A program made the position numbers and the translations under genes. Source: Octopus bimaculoides (taxonomy: Eukaryota). From it: a stretch of DNA of 64,000 bases. Location of the stretch: assembly GCF_001194135.2 (NCBI RefSeq), contig NC_068981.1, positions 17,258,324 to 17,322,323 of the forward strand, read 5' to 3'. The notes under the pieces are model-generated. The model saw only the letters and a program-made list of their open reading frames with translations, was not told the origin of the DNA and searched no databases. How positions within the stretch are numbered: the first letter of the stretch is position 1; every line of letters starts with the position of its first letter. Of this stretch, positions 12,480-24,860 are shown in pieces.

Positions 12480-13290
12480 TGTGGATTCAGCTATCGTCTG
12501 CGTCTTCCATTCATTTTTATCTACTGTTTCTTCTCCCAACGCTACTCTTATAACTGTTATTAGATCCTTTCTCTTATATTCTTTACTTTTAAAAAAATGG
12601 TTTATCATCTATTTCCTCGTATTATATTCCTGACCATCTGCTGACCTTCATCTCTTCCACTTAATCCTTTTCATATCTCTATCTCTCCCTTTTTCCTCTA
12701 CATTTTCTATACCCTTTCTTTCATATCCTTTCTTTAACTATTTTCTCTACTCTGTTCTTCTCCTTTCTCCATCTCTCTTTTTCCTTTCTTCTAACTTTTC
12801 CGCAGTTATCATGAACTCTTCCTTGCTTTCTAGCTATTGTTATGTTTATTATTTTTATATTTCTATTTTAATCCTTTTCTTTCTCTTTTTATTTTGCATT
12901 TATTTTTATCCAACCAATTTGTCTCTTTATATTCTAACCCTGACCACTTCCTGTGCTTCAATCCCTTCACCTTATCTCAACCTTTTCTTCTTTCATATTG
13001 TTGTCGACATGTTAGCCATCCCTTTCTAACTTCCCTTTCTTTCTTTTATATCGATTATTCTCTCTGTACATATCAGTTTTGACCATTTTCTGACCCTTTA
13101 TTCATTCCCTCCAGTCGGTTTTTCTTCTCATTTTACTAGCTCCTTGCTTTCCCTTCACCCATTTCCTCCCCTCCAATTTTAATTATTCTGTCCCTCCTCT
13201 TTCCATTGCCCCTAATGTACTTCCTTCCACTGTATTACTTCGCTAAACAAACCATTTCCTCTTATACTCTAAAGAAAAACTCTGCCTAAA
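12480..13290. repeat. Long degenerate pyrimidine-rich (CT/TT) low-complexity tract
   Basis: About 800 bp strongly C/T-biased on the + strand; the ORFs there are F/L/S compositional artefacts. Confidence 0.8.
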
Positions 13291-13891
13291 ATGCTGCAAT
13301 CCACTCCATTTCATGCTACACTAATATTATTTGCTTTTGTTTATTATAACAGACTTTTGCCGATCCAAAGTAGCACTGTTTTCAGAGAATTCTGCTACAA
13401 TTCATTTATTCTTTTATTGGCTTCAGTCACTGAAATGCGGCCATGCTGGGGCACTGCTTTCAACGGTTTTCATCGATCATATCTAACCCGATGCAAAGAA
13501 TTCAAGCGACATTCATTTCAAGTCACTCCCACCAATCTGAAATCGATTTTACATTACCTCCAAAGATATCCTGAATTTGATGTCATATTACTCTCTCTGC
13601 ACAATCCGTATTACCCCCTCTCTCTCTCTCTCTATCTCTCTCTGATATAACTAAAATGGCAAATTCTTATTCTGACAATCCGTGATACGATTATTACACA
13701 AAATACATGAAACTTACAACACCGAAAGGTAGTTTTAAAATCTGAAAAAAATCAAAATGTCACAAAAACGTTTTGTAGTATTAAAAATATTCTTGCCTTC
13801 GCTTCAATTACATTTAAATTAAATTTGATTGTAATATAATTTATGATACAGTTGCATAAAGCAAAGAAGAGTGAGAATTATTATCATTATG

Positions 13892-13929
<38 letters not shown>

Positions 13930-13932
13930 CGT

Positions 13933-13988
<56 letters not shown>

Positions 13989-15079
13989 TCTAAATAAACA
14001 TAAATAGAGCTGTTTTGAGTTATCTGAAGTCGTAGACCCGTAAGATGGAATTATCTTGTCACCTACCCTTTTACTTATATCTGTCTGTAAGTTATATAAT
14101 AGAAATCTATTTATGAAATGGCTAAGTTACTTTTTCGACAAAAAGACACTTTGTTATATACAAAGATGTACGAGCGCGCGCAACGTGCTTCTACATAGTT
14201 TAGTTTACCAAATTCCACTGATAAGATTAATCCGAGGTAAGAATAAAAGACACTTGCCGCTCACATAGGATCGAACTTGGTATATCTTATCTACGCGTAT
14301 AAATTTTCTGTTATGCTTTAACAAACCTTCAGAAATCGCCACAATTCGTGTATTTGAGCCTATATCTTGACTTCTGACTAATTTTTTTAAACTTATATTT
14401 ACCATTATCTTTCCAACAGATAGCATATTGCCAATGAGGATCTTCTCAAGTCAATCTTATAATAAAAGGCATTTCAACCATATCCATCAGTATCTATCAG
14501 CACCTTATTTAATGTGGCCATTTTTCAGGATTTGAGGGAGATTTCAGGAAATATGACAGTGTGACTTTTTATTTATTTTAATAATTTACTCAGAAAAGAA
14601 GGAACAACGTCTGCAGCTCTTTTCAAAATTCCCGTGACCTGTAAAAGAAAGTTATCCACCAACTGAGACCAGCTAAGCAGGATTCTTTCAATAGTATGAA
14701 CTCCTTTGAAAGCAGCCAATGCCCAGGTATTAGTGTAAAACTAAACGATCGAAGAACGGGATAGATCTTTCTGACGAACTTTTACATATTTTCATTCCCT
14801 TAAACGCCCAAGGCTTTCATCAGCCAGATGCCATCTTAGAAGACACTGATCTTCGGTATCATTTTGTCGGAATGAACCTGAAACAACGTGGTTGCGAAAC
14901 AAACATCTTAATTACAAAGTCAAATCTCTGCTCAAAGTAAACAATCAAGATAAGGGAATTGATCTTGAGTCAAATGAGAATGTACCAATAAGCTTTTACT
15001 CATTGTTTCCTGTGTATATGCATTCACGAGTAGACCCTGTAGAACATCGAAGCTGCTGAGAAAGAGAAGAAGAGAGAAA

Positions 15080-15310
15080 GAAGGAGGGAGAGAGAGATGC
15101 ACAGCACTCGACTGGCTGAGTAGACTGGATCTGCTGATGATCACAAGGACAGGGTGGTGCATCGTGTGTTTTGAGAAGGCACTTCATTTCCCGTTGTTCC
15201 AGTCTGGTCAACACTGAGACGTGCCTTCTCAAAGACACAATGCACAGCCCGGTCTCGGTTTTACACCCAAGAGTTTCGGATCATGAGCGGGTTACCCTGA
15301 CTACTAAACA
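15080..15310 (-). mobile_element. Degenerate SINE family C-related copy
   Basis: CACTTCATTTCCCGTTGTTCCAGT...CAAAGACACAATGCACAGCCCGGT...GATCATGAGC resembles the family C head and body. Confidence 0.6.
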
Positions 15311-15595
15311 ACTCACCTCCATCCATGATATTTATTTAAAATCTGTAGCATACAATAATTTACCACACAGTGAAGAGAGATGAGTTTAGATGATTCGCGC
15401 TAAGCCCTTATTATATAAAGTCTGCTTTGGTCCGCATTGAAGTCAGAGAGCTATTTTAGACTTGTAGCTAGTCGAATGACCACATAAAGACAACCTCGTT
15501 ATAAAATGAAGTTAACCGATGATTTTCTGCAAGAAAAAATTCGAAATAGGACGTTGGTATTTCTCAGTAAGACTAGGATTGCAGCATTCAGATAC

Positions 15596-15828
15596 TTCTT
15601 ATTTCTTTATTGCCCACAAGAGGCTAAAAATAGAGGGGACAAACAAGGACAGACAAGGGGATTATGTCGATTACATTGACCCCAGTGAGTAACTGGTACT
15701 TAATTTATCGACCCCGAAAGGATGAAAGGCAAAGTCGACCTCGGCGGAATTTGAACTCAGAACGTCACGGCAGAGGAAATACCGCTAAGTATTTCGCTCG
15801 GCTAACGTCTCTGCCAGCTTTCCGCCTT
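15596..15828 (-). mobile_element. SINE family D (GGGCAATAAAGAAATAAG tail type)
   Basis: Near-consensus reverse-complement copy. Confidence 0.95.
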
Positions 15829-17749
15829 CCTTCTGAATAACGATGAGGTTTATACTTCGTGCGGTCAGAATATATCGAATTGGTTATCAGTGTTTTTTAG
15901 GGAGAGGGTTACATCACGTGGAAAGGGTATCTTTCTTGACCTGAAATGGCAGGTTATTTGTCTTGGACAACTCTGGCTACCATTTGTATTCTAACCATCA
16001 TATTCTAGTTTGAATAAAATGCTTATCACGGCAGCATTTGTTTTTTCTATTACTTACTTGCTTTTTTTATTTGTTTCCAATATGGGTTTTATGGTTTTGC
16101 TGTCGTCGCCGTCGTTGTTGTAGTTGCTGTTGCTGCTACTGTTATTGTGGCTGCTACAGTTGTTGTGGCTGTATTTCCCCTGGTTGGCCCTGATAGAGTA
16201 GACCTATAGTCGTCAGTGTAGATCTTTAGTAGTTAATGCTGTCCTCAGACACCGATTGCCATTTATTTTCTGACATTGGTATCAGGAACAGAATTCTTCT
16301 GGCGACAGAAAACGTTCCGGACATCTCAACAATTAGTGCTTCTGAGGATTAGAATGACATCTTACCTGCACACTGGGATTGTGTAAGTATAATAGATAAG
16401 GGTGAGAGTAAACTTTCTTTAAATTTCGTCAGATAATTTCAGTTGCTTGGAAGCTGTCGAATTTGTCTCTTGAATGCACCTTTATGTACTTAAACAAATC
16501 GCAGCGAATCATTCGGTTCAAACGTAGAAAGTGTTGGTGGATACAAATTGTGTAAGGTGCTTCAGATTTTCGATGGCTATCTTTGAAAACAGCATGTTTA
16601 TGACAAGTAAAGTGAACTTAGATAAGATTTATAGGTATTGATTTGATTACTTGAAGCTGAACGTGTCCTTTCCGGCACAGCAATTCCGAGTAGTTAATTA
16701 GTTAATTGGGAATTGACGAGTTATATTATAAATAATAAATGTTGAGTGAGGTTAAAAAGAAAAATTAGATTAGAATCGCCAAGGTTCACTAATTAATTAC
16801 TGATAGAAAACAATATTTCAGAGAGGGAGTTAGTCGTTAGCCAAGAAGAGGTTTCTAGGAAAGACATCGTGACCAAAATGAAATTAACAAGAATAGCCTT
16901 TGACCATTACTTCTACGCTAAACACGAACGTTATATTGTTCATTCTAAGATGCCTGTGTAAAGACACTGTTGTAAGAAATATGCTCAATGGGACCGGATG
17001 TTAGAAAAGTGACGCATCACTTTGTGTACAATACGTGCATTGCATCTAAAAATGTGCGACCTTTCAGCAGCCTCTTCTGAACTGTTTGGCTGGAGAAGGG
17101 TTAAAAACAGTGTTCTTTAAATGTACATGTATAGAGTCATATCGACTTGTTTACTAAACATACATTTAGCTTCACTGTAAAAAGCATCGAGACGTAGAAT
17201 TTCAGAATGAGCATCCCTACATACACCAAAACATTTTTTTTTTTTTAAGAAAATGTTTTCAGTGTTCTCTGTTTTAAATACAACTGTAATTACTCTGCAA
17301 AAGTAATTATAAACATAGAGAACGAAATATAAATAAATAAATATAAATTGTTGTTTCTAAAGTTCGCAGTTTGTTAAAAAGTTTGACTTTAAATTAGATT
17401 AACTCAACAAAAATATATTCGAAAAGAAGGAATTTTTGTCAAACGTTCTACTTCTTTCAGATGACTGCATTTAGTATTTGTGAAAGCCATATGCGGCTTT
17501 AACGTAGCAATTTCTCAGTCTCTGATCAACATTTTCTTTATATGACCCAGCTCATAAAATTGTAAACAGCGGGAACACTGAAAATTTGGTAATTGTTTTG
17601 TCACGTCGCAGTGCTGAGTTCAAGCCTTGTCGATAATATCTACTGAAGAGAGCCACCCATTTCTCTATTCCTTTTATTCTAGATATTCTTCTCATGAAGA
17701 TGACGCATTCATTTGTGGCGTTCCCAGTAGGTTCTGGATCATTGAATTA

Positions 17750-17965
17750 ATAGGTGAAGACTATGTGGTAAAAAGCTTGATTCCCAATCTCATGGCTCCA
17801 GGTTCGGTTCTACTGCGTGGCACCTTAATCAAGTGATTTCTACTACAGCCTCGATCCAACCAAAGCCTTATATATAATGGTACTGGTGTCGATTTGTTCG
17901 ATTAAATCCCTTCTAGTGTGTGCTTCGGCATGGCCGCAGTCCAATAATTGCAGTAAGTAAAAGAA
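17750..17965 (+). mobile_element. Degenerate SINE family A copy lacking the central microsatellite
   Basis: TATGTGGTAAAAAGCTTG...CTGCGTGGCACCTT...CAAAGCCTT...GCATGGCCGCAGTC...GTAAAAGAAAAG. Confidence 0.75.
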
Positions 17966-19744
17966 AAGCAAAAGATTCCCCGCTCACAAAGATTCTTTTA
18001 AATTTTCACAGTCATCGGTATTCATAAACTAAAATCCAATACATCCTCTCTGAATCTCCGCTGGTAAGAGGTAAAACGATGATTCACCGATGAGGTTTAA
18101 TAAGACTGGAACCTGACTGGAGTTATCATAGTACTGCCAAAGATTAAACTCACGCCCCACTGCAATCTATTGTTAATTCATTTTATTTTATTTAATTACC
18201 CTGTCTTGAATACAATTAATCAAGGTATTTTCTTATTATCATGAATGTAAGTTTATTTACTTAAAATGTCTTGCTTGTCTACATTGAGTGAATTAACTAC
18301 CATTTTACTAATATTCTGTCTATTAGGATGTTACTGTTCACTAAAACATTACATCGATATGATTATTTGGAGAGATTTATGAAGAGCGTTTATTTAAATA
18401 TTTGTGAGAATCGACACTGACACATCACCGATATTACAAAAGTAGATGCAGTGGTCACACCTTTTATTTATAAGTATGTGCATGCAAAAATACCACAAGT
18501 ACATACATACCACGCATACAATACATACACACACACAATACACGAACACAAATACGTATACAGAGGCTCACATACACACTCACACGTGAACACAACCTTG
18601 CAAACAGAAATTTAATAGCCACATTTTATCGACAGAGATAAAGTTAATAGCCACACTAAATATATATCTGTACACACAAATTTCTAACTAAACAATTATC
18701 TATCATATAATTTCTCTCCCTCTCTCCCTCTCCCGCTCTCCCCCTCTCCTTTCTCCTTCCTCACCTCTTTCTCCTCCCCCTTCTCTCTCTCTCTTTCTCT
18801 ATCAATCTGTCTATCTACCTGTCCGCTTGTCTCTTTCTATCTCTATCTCTTTCTACACACATACCTACACACATCGCTTCAGAAGCAATATGCGTATGAT
18901 TCTATCTGTGAGGTTCGTCCTAGCATCTGTGTATGACTGTGTGCACAATGACTTCATCGGAATTAACACCGTATCAATAGCATTACTGACATTTAATCAA
19001 TAGATGAAAAGTCAGTCACCCATGGCTCATCATAAGTCTATCGAAATGAGAATCTAGAATCAATCCACATATCAAATTCCCATCGAATTTCGACCGATTT
19101 GAAACGCTTGTCAGCTGATTTCCATTAATTTGTTCAGTGTCTCTACGGAAAAGCTAATCCGAATGTACTGTTGGATGCACACATCTAACAAACTGTTAAT
19201 ACCGACCTGTCTGTGAGTATGTTTAATGATCCCTGATGTTAACACTGTGATAATGCTCTCATTTGACATCACGAGGTACAATCGTTTCCCTGTGTAAAGA
19301 GAGAGTGACAGTATTTTCACAATACGATGGAGAGGTGACTTAAAAGGAAATGCTGCATTTTGTTTGAAGAACATTTTTCAGATTTATTCAGTATTTCATA
19401 CTGTTTTGCAGAAGTTTGGTGTGTACACAAGGTTTTTGATAAGAGGGGGTAAGGTTTGTGTTTGATTATTTTATTTTGGTTTCTTTTATTTGATGGGGTA
19501 TAGGGATCAATAAAAGGGAAAACATTGACCATTGAGGGAAAGGATTTAGACGAAATGGCTGGGAAAAAACTAAATGAAATTTGTAGCATTTATTAGGCAA
19601 CGATTGAAATATGTTTTTCTACGGCTGAATGGGTATATTTTATAATAAATGGTTATTCATAATGATGTACTGATTGTAGATAGCATGATGGATAGTTAAG
19701 AAAGAGATAAATAGAGAGAAAACAGAGGCGAGAAAGAAAGAGTG

Positions 19745-19833
<89 letters not shown>

Positions 19834-20094
19834 TGTGTGTGTGTGTGTGTGCGAAGTTAATAAACGAGAGAAGAACATATACATTGTGTATACATACACA
19901 ATTCCACGATTCATCTCATGGATGCACTAGAATGCATCATCGGTTTTGTTTCGGGAGGCTTAGTGTAGTTCAGATCTTTCAAATCAGAGAACTTGCTTAG
20001 GTGACGCAGCTGGAGGCCATAAAGTTCTAATTTTCAGGCCCAGTATTCTCTGCAACTTTAGTAATGGAATTTATAGCCACCCTCCTTTTCTTTT

Positions 20095-20402
20095 TGCCCT
20101 TTTCAAGCCTAGCCAGGCTCATGGGCCCGGTTTCCCGGTTTCTATGGCGTAGGTGTTCCCCGCTTCCCCAGCTGGACAGGATGTCAGTCCATCGCAGCGT
20201 TACTCAAGAAACAGGAAGAAAGAGTGAGAGAAAGATGGGGCAAAAGAGTACAACAGGGGTCGCCACCACCCCGTGCCGGAGCCTCGTGGAACTTTAGGTG
20301 TTTTCGCTCAATAAACACACACAACACCAGGTCTGGGAATCGAAACCGCAATCTTCCGACCGCGAGTCCGCTGGCCTAACCACTGGGCTATTACGCCTCC
20401 AC
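20095..20402 (-). mobile_element. Chimeric SINE: family B head and body joined to a GCGATGGACTG...CCATAGAAACCGG-type tail
   Basis: 20205-20402 matches the 5' part of 56309-56691; 20135-20204 matches the tail of the family C-headed copy at 50326-50390. Confidence 0.8.
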
Positions 20403-20844
20403 TAGCCACCCTCCTTACTGTACCAATAACTTTAAGTCCAGTCTCCGCTTAGCAAAGTAAACCCTTCATAAAACCCTGTCAGCATGCCTCAATGGTTTGG
20501 CAACGTACAAGCCAGCATTGGTGTTCACATTGCTCTAACAACCCTTTGTATTTGAAAAACTTTCTCTCATGAGCCTCACCTTGTATTCTTCCAAGGCACA
20601 GTCAGTTCCTAGCATGGTTATATGTTTGGAGGGATAACTATGTCGGGTAGAGTATCGTTAACAAAGTTCAAGTGTATAAAATTTCCATAAGGAAAGGCAT
20701 TACATTAGGTTGCAAAGGTTTTCCGTGTTTTAATGAATTTAGTGATATTAATTAGTACAGACATGACATAACACTCCAATATTCTCCAGCGAGTAAACTA
20801 TAATATGTGTAACAAATATACGTCGCTAATATAAAGTATGTTCT

Positions 20845-21255
20845 TGTATTCGTTTATTGGTTTCGGTCAGTTGACTGCGGCCACACTGGAGCACCGCCTT
20901 TAGTCCAACAAATCGACCCCAGGACTTTGTAAGCCTAGTATTTATTTTATCGGTCTCTCTTGCTGAACCAAATCCACTCACAAGGTTTTGGTCGAGCCTG
21001 AAACTGCAGTAGAAGACACTTGCCCAAGGTGTCACGTAGTGGGATTGAACCCGGAACCATGTGGTTGGGAAGCAAGCTTCTTTCCACACACCGCCTTCAG
21101 TCGAGCAAATCGGCCCCAAGACTTATCCTTTGTAAGCCTAGTACTTATTCTATCGGGTCTCTTTTGCCGAACCGATAAGTTACGGGGACGTAAACACACC
21201 AGCATCGGTTGTCAAGCGACGTTGGGGGGACAAACACGGACACACAAACATATAT

Positions 21256-21318
<63 letters not shown>

Positions 21319-21482
21319 CATACAACGGGCTTCTTTCGGTTTCCGTCTACCAAATCCACTCACAAAGCTTTGGTCGGCCCGATGCTATAGTAGAAGACAC
21401 TTGCCCATGGTGTCACGCAGTGGGACTGAACCCGGAACCATGCGGTTCGTATGCAAGCTACTTACCACACAGCCACTCCTAT
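20845..21482 (-). mobile_element. SINE family A tandem dimer
   Basis: The first unit (21482 to ~21087) lacks its tail end and joins a head-truncated second unit that lacks the microsatellite block. Confidence 0.85.
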
Positions 21483-21637
21483 ACCTATAAAAGTTATATA
21501 AAATATTGACTAAAAAACATTTTAAAATGCAAAAATAAGTTGAAAGTAAAATGTGAACAATTGAGCTTTAAAAAAAGAACGAACTTGCCGATATAGTATA
21601 AAATTCCTGCGCCTGCTTCACAGGATAACGAACTGAG

Positions 21638-21826
21638 TTGCAATGACTTCACGTAGTTGCAGTGACGTCACGCAGTAGATAACACGTAACCATCTTGTGT
21701 CGTGCTTCAAGAGCAACAAAGTGTACTGAAAAAAGTAGTACTTAAATTTCTGGAAACTAGCGTGATACCATGCTACAGAAGTGGCTGCAGATATTAAATA
21801 CACACACACACACATATAAAAAGTGC
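21638..21826 (+). promoter_or_regulatory. Candidate Pol II promoter: full CRE palindrome (GTGACGTCAC 21662-21671), bZIP half-sites and TATAAAAAG (21815-21823)
   Basis: Motifs are read directly; a consensus donor CC|GTAAGT lies at 21921. Function is inferred only. Confidence 0.4.
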
Positions 21827-22218
21827 ACGCGCGCACACACACACATACACACGAGAACGCTATGAGGTGATGCACAGGAACTCAGATCTCAATGTGCTGC
21901 ACCTTATTGAAGAAACAGCCGTAAGTTAATGAAGCTGTTTACTTAATTTCTGTTCCCATGCCATTCATTTAATTTCATGCTACGCTCTATACTCGTCAGA
22001 CCCTTTATTCTGAAGCTTTATTCTGGGCTCTATTATTATTAGTATCGCTGTGTCTAATTGATATCTTAAAATGTGTGCGTGTATGTGTGTGTGTGCGTGT
22101 GTATACGATGAAATGTGGTGCACGAGGACGACAAAGGAGCACATGGAAAACACAAAAGCAGTATGTCCAACCTTCTTCAATTATCGACCTCAGATCATCA
22201 CAATTTCGATAGATAGAT

Positions 22219-22259
<41 letters not shown>

Positions 22260-22776
22260 AACGACACAAAGCGATTTAATAAAGCAGTTTTATTGCTTGC
22301 TCATTTTATTTTTGTTCTTGTTCTGTTTTTGTATTTTGTCTCAGAGAACTCTTTTCAGAAGTGAATTTAACAGAACATGAATGAATAAAAGAGAGAAAGA
22401 AAACATACAATGAAGTAGACAGACATCTCGTCTGTCGAAGGCCGGAGAGCAACTGACAAACTCAAAGTAGAAGCAGCATGTCGAAACTTCCCACCAATCA
22501 GACGAATTGTCAGATGAACGGCAAATATTGCTTTCTCGGAGATGGCAAAGGAAATCGGTCGATCAAAGAGAAATACAAAGGATTGCCTGGAATTCATCTG
22601 GTTGGGTGTGATGGCTATATGATGGTGTCGTTCGAAGTTAATTTGATACATTGTATCAAGTGAAACATTAACAGATTTTTAAAGTCAATATGACGTAATA
22701 CAACATAGTTTTATAGTTTTATATATGCGTCTCAGTGTTGCTATATATATATATATATATATATATACATAAATAT

Positions 22777-22821
<45 letters not shown>

Positions 22822-23510
22822 NNNNNNNNNNNNNNNNNNNNNNNNNNNNNNNNNNNNNNNNNNNNNNNNNNNNNNNNNNNNNNNNNNNNNNNNNNNNNNN
22901 NNNNNNNNNNNNNNNNNNNNNNNNNNNNNNNNNNNNNNNNNNNNNNNNNNNNNNNNNNNNNNNNNNNNNNNNNNNNNNNNNNNNNNNNNNNNNNNNNNNN
23001 NNNNNNNNNNNNNNNNNNNNNNNNNNNNNNNNNNNNNNNNNNNNNNNNNNNNNNNNNNNNNNNNNNNNNNNNNNNNNNNNNNNNNNNNNNNNNNNNNNNN
23101 NNNNNNNNNNNNNNNNNNNNNNNNNNNNNNNNNNNNNNNNNNNNNNNNNNNNNNNNNNNNNNNNNNNNNNNNNNNNNNNNNNNNNNNNNNNNNNNNNNNN
23201 NNNNNNNNNNNNNNNNNNNNNNNNNNNNNNNNNNNNNNNNNNNNNNNNNNNNNNNNNNNNNNNNNNNNNNNNNNNNNNNNNNNNNNNNNNNNNNNNNNNN
23301 NNNNNNNNNNNNNNNNNNNNNNNNNNNNNNNNNNNNNNNNNNNNNNNNNNNNNNNNNNNNNNNNNNNNNNNNNNNNNNNNNNNNNNNNNNNNNNNNNNNN
23401 NNNNNNNNNNNNNNNNNNNNNNNNNNNNNNNNNNNNNNNNNNNNNNNNNNNNNNNNNNNNNNNNNNNNNNNNNNNNNNNNNNNNNNNNNNNNNNNNNNNN
23501 NNNNNNNNNN

Positions 23511-23570
23511 CCTCCAACCGTGAGTCCGCTGCCCTAACTACTAGGCCATTGCGCCTCCACACACACACAT

Positions 23571-23624
<54 letters not shown>

Positions 23625-23760
23625 CCACGTGGTTCCGGGTTCAGTCCCACTGCGTGTCACCCACCTTGGGAAAGAGTTTTCTTCTATAGCCGCGGGCCGA
23701 CCTTGCGACTGGATTTACTAGACGGAAACTGAAAGAAGCCTGTCGTATTTATATATGTAG
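23511..23760. mobile_element. SINE B head fragment (-) next to a partial SINE A (+)
   Basis: GAGTCCGCTGCCCTAAC.ACT.GGCCATTGCGCCTCCAC, then CCACGTGGTTCCGGGTTCAGTCCCACTGCG...GAAACTGAAAGAAGCC. Confidence 0.8.
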
Positions 23761-24860
23761 CAAATAAGTAACAAGGTCGTCCAGCTATTAGTGCATTACG
23801 GCTGTTTGAGGCGGTTCCATTTAATCGATCAATGCAAGCATTACATCAGCTTGAAATAACCCGCTTTCCTCGGATGCATAAGACCATATAGGTTTTCAAC
23901 ATACAGGACACTCCATTGTAATTTTTAAGCAAATTTTTTCTCCAGAACTAAAGAATAAAAGAATTACATGCTTGTTGCTATTATTGTAGCTGAATGAACT
24001 TAGGGAGAGAATACACAAAGCCTACTGTAATTTAGAGTGGCAGAAGAGAATAACAAAGGGGATCAAGTAACTGTAATGTAGCCACATTCATCTTTCTCTT
24101 TATCACAATCAAAGGAGTCAAAGTAGCTAGAATTCTACATCCACTTAGAATTAAAACCACTGGAGATTGACAGTTAAGTTCTTGCTGCTGGTGATCAATT
24201 AATTAACGTCAGACACTCTTCCCTATAAATTCACCATGACTACATAAAAGAACATGCCTCAGAAGATGTCAACAAGATAATGGTGTATATCCAGAAAGAG
24301 GAAGATCAGGGGTGACTTAAACTATATTATGATTATCAATTAAAAAGGGTCTAAAATAGAAAACAAAAGAGGTCACATTGAGATCTAACTTAGGGTACAG
24401 GAGAAAAATTGTATATCTAAATTTAGCAAAATTTATATATTATTACATTTTGTACATTAGATAAGAAAATTTGGAAAGGGTTTTAAGGACCAAGTAAGAG
24501 AAGAAGGGTAGATAAACCAATTCAAGCTCTAAAAAATGGGGTGCAATTATATAAAACAGAAACCTCATAATGCTTCATTCTAGCATATTGTTAAGGAGGT
24601 CATGATAAAATTATTCAACAATGAATCCATGATTATATTCAGATTTCATCCGAGAAGGCGTACACATTTTCTATTGACTGAAAACCAAAGATTAAGGGCA
24701 AAAAATTAAGATAATCAATACTATAACAGATAAACCTTTTTAAAAACCTTGAAAAAATATGATTATATAAAAACAGGTTTTCAACATTATGAAAAAGTCT
24801 TAAAGGATATAAGAAGGTATAAAAATACCACATATATATACGAAAAAAGTTTATCATATA

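Noticed and set aside
14205-14426. 73-aa minus ORF and nearby weak splice-like signals at ~14590-14640
   Set aside because: No recognisable homology, and the signals are no better than chance.
22735-23628. 262 and 295 aa ORFs, and similar ORFs at 1197-1748, 28123-28747 and 63221-63951
   Set aside because: They are mostly N-gap (X residues) plus dinucleotide repeats; no coding evidence apart from the LINE fragment already called.
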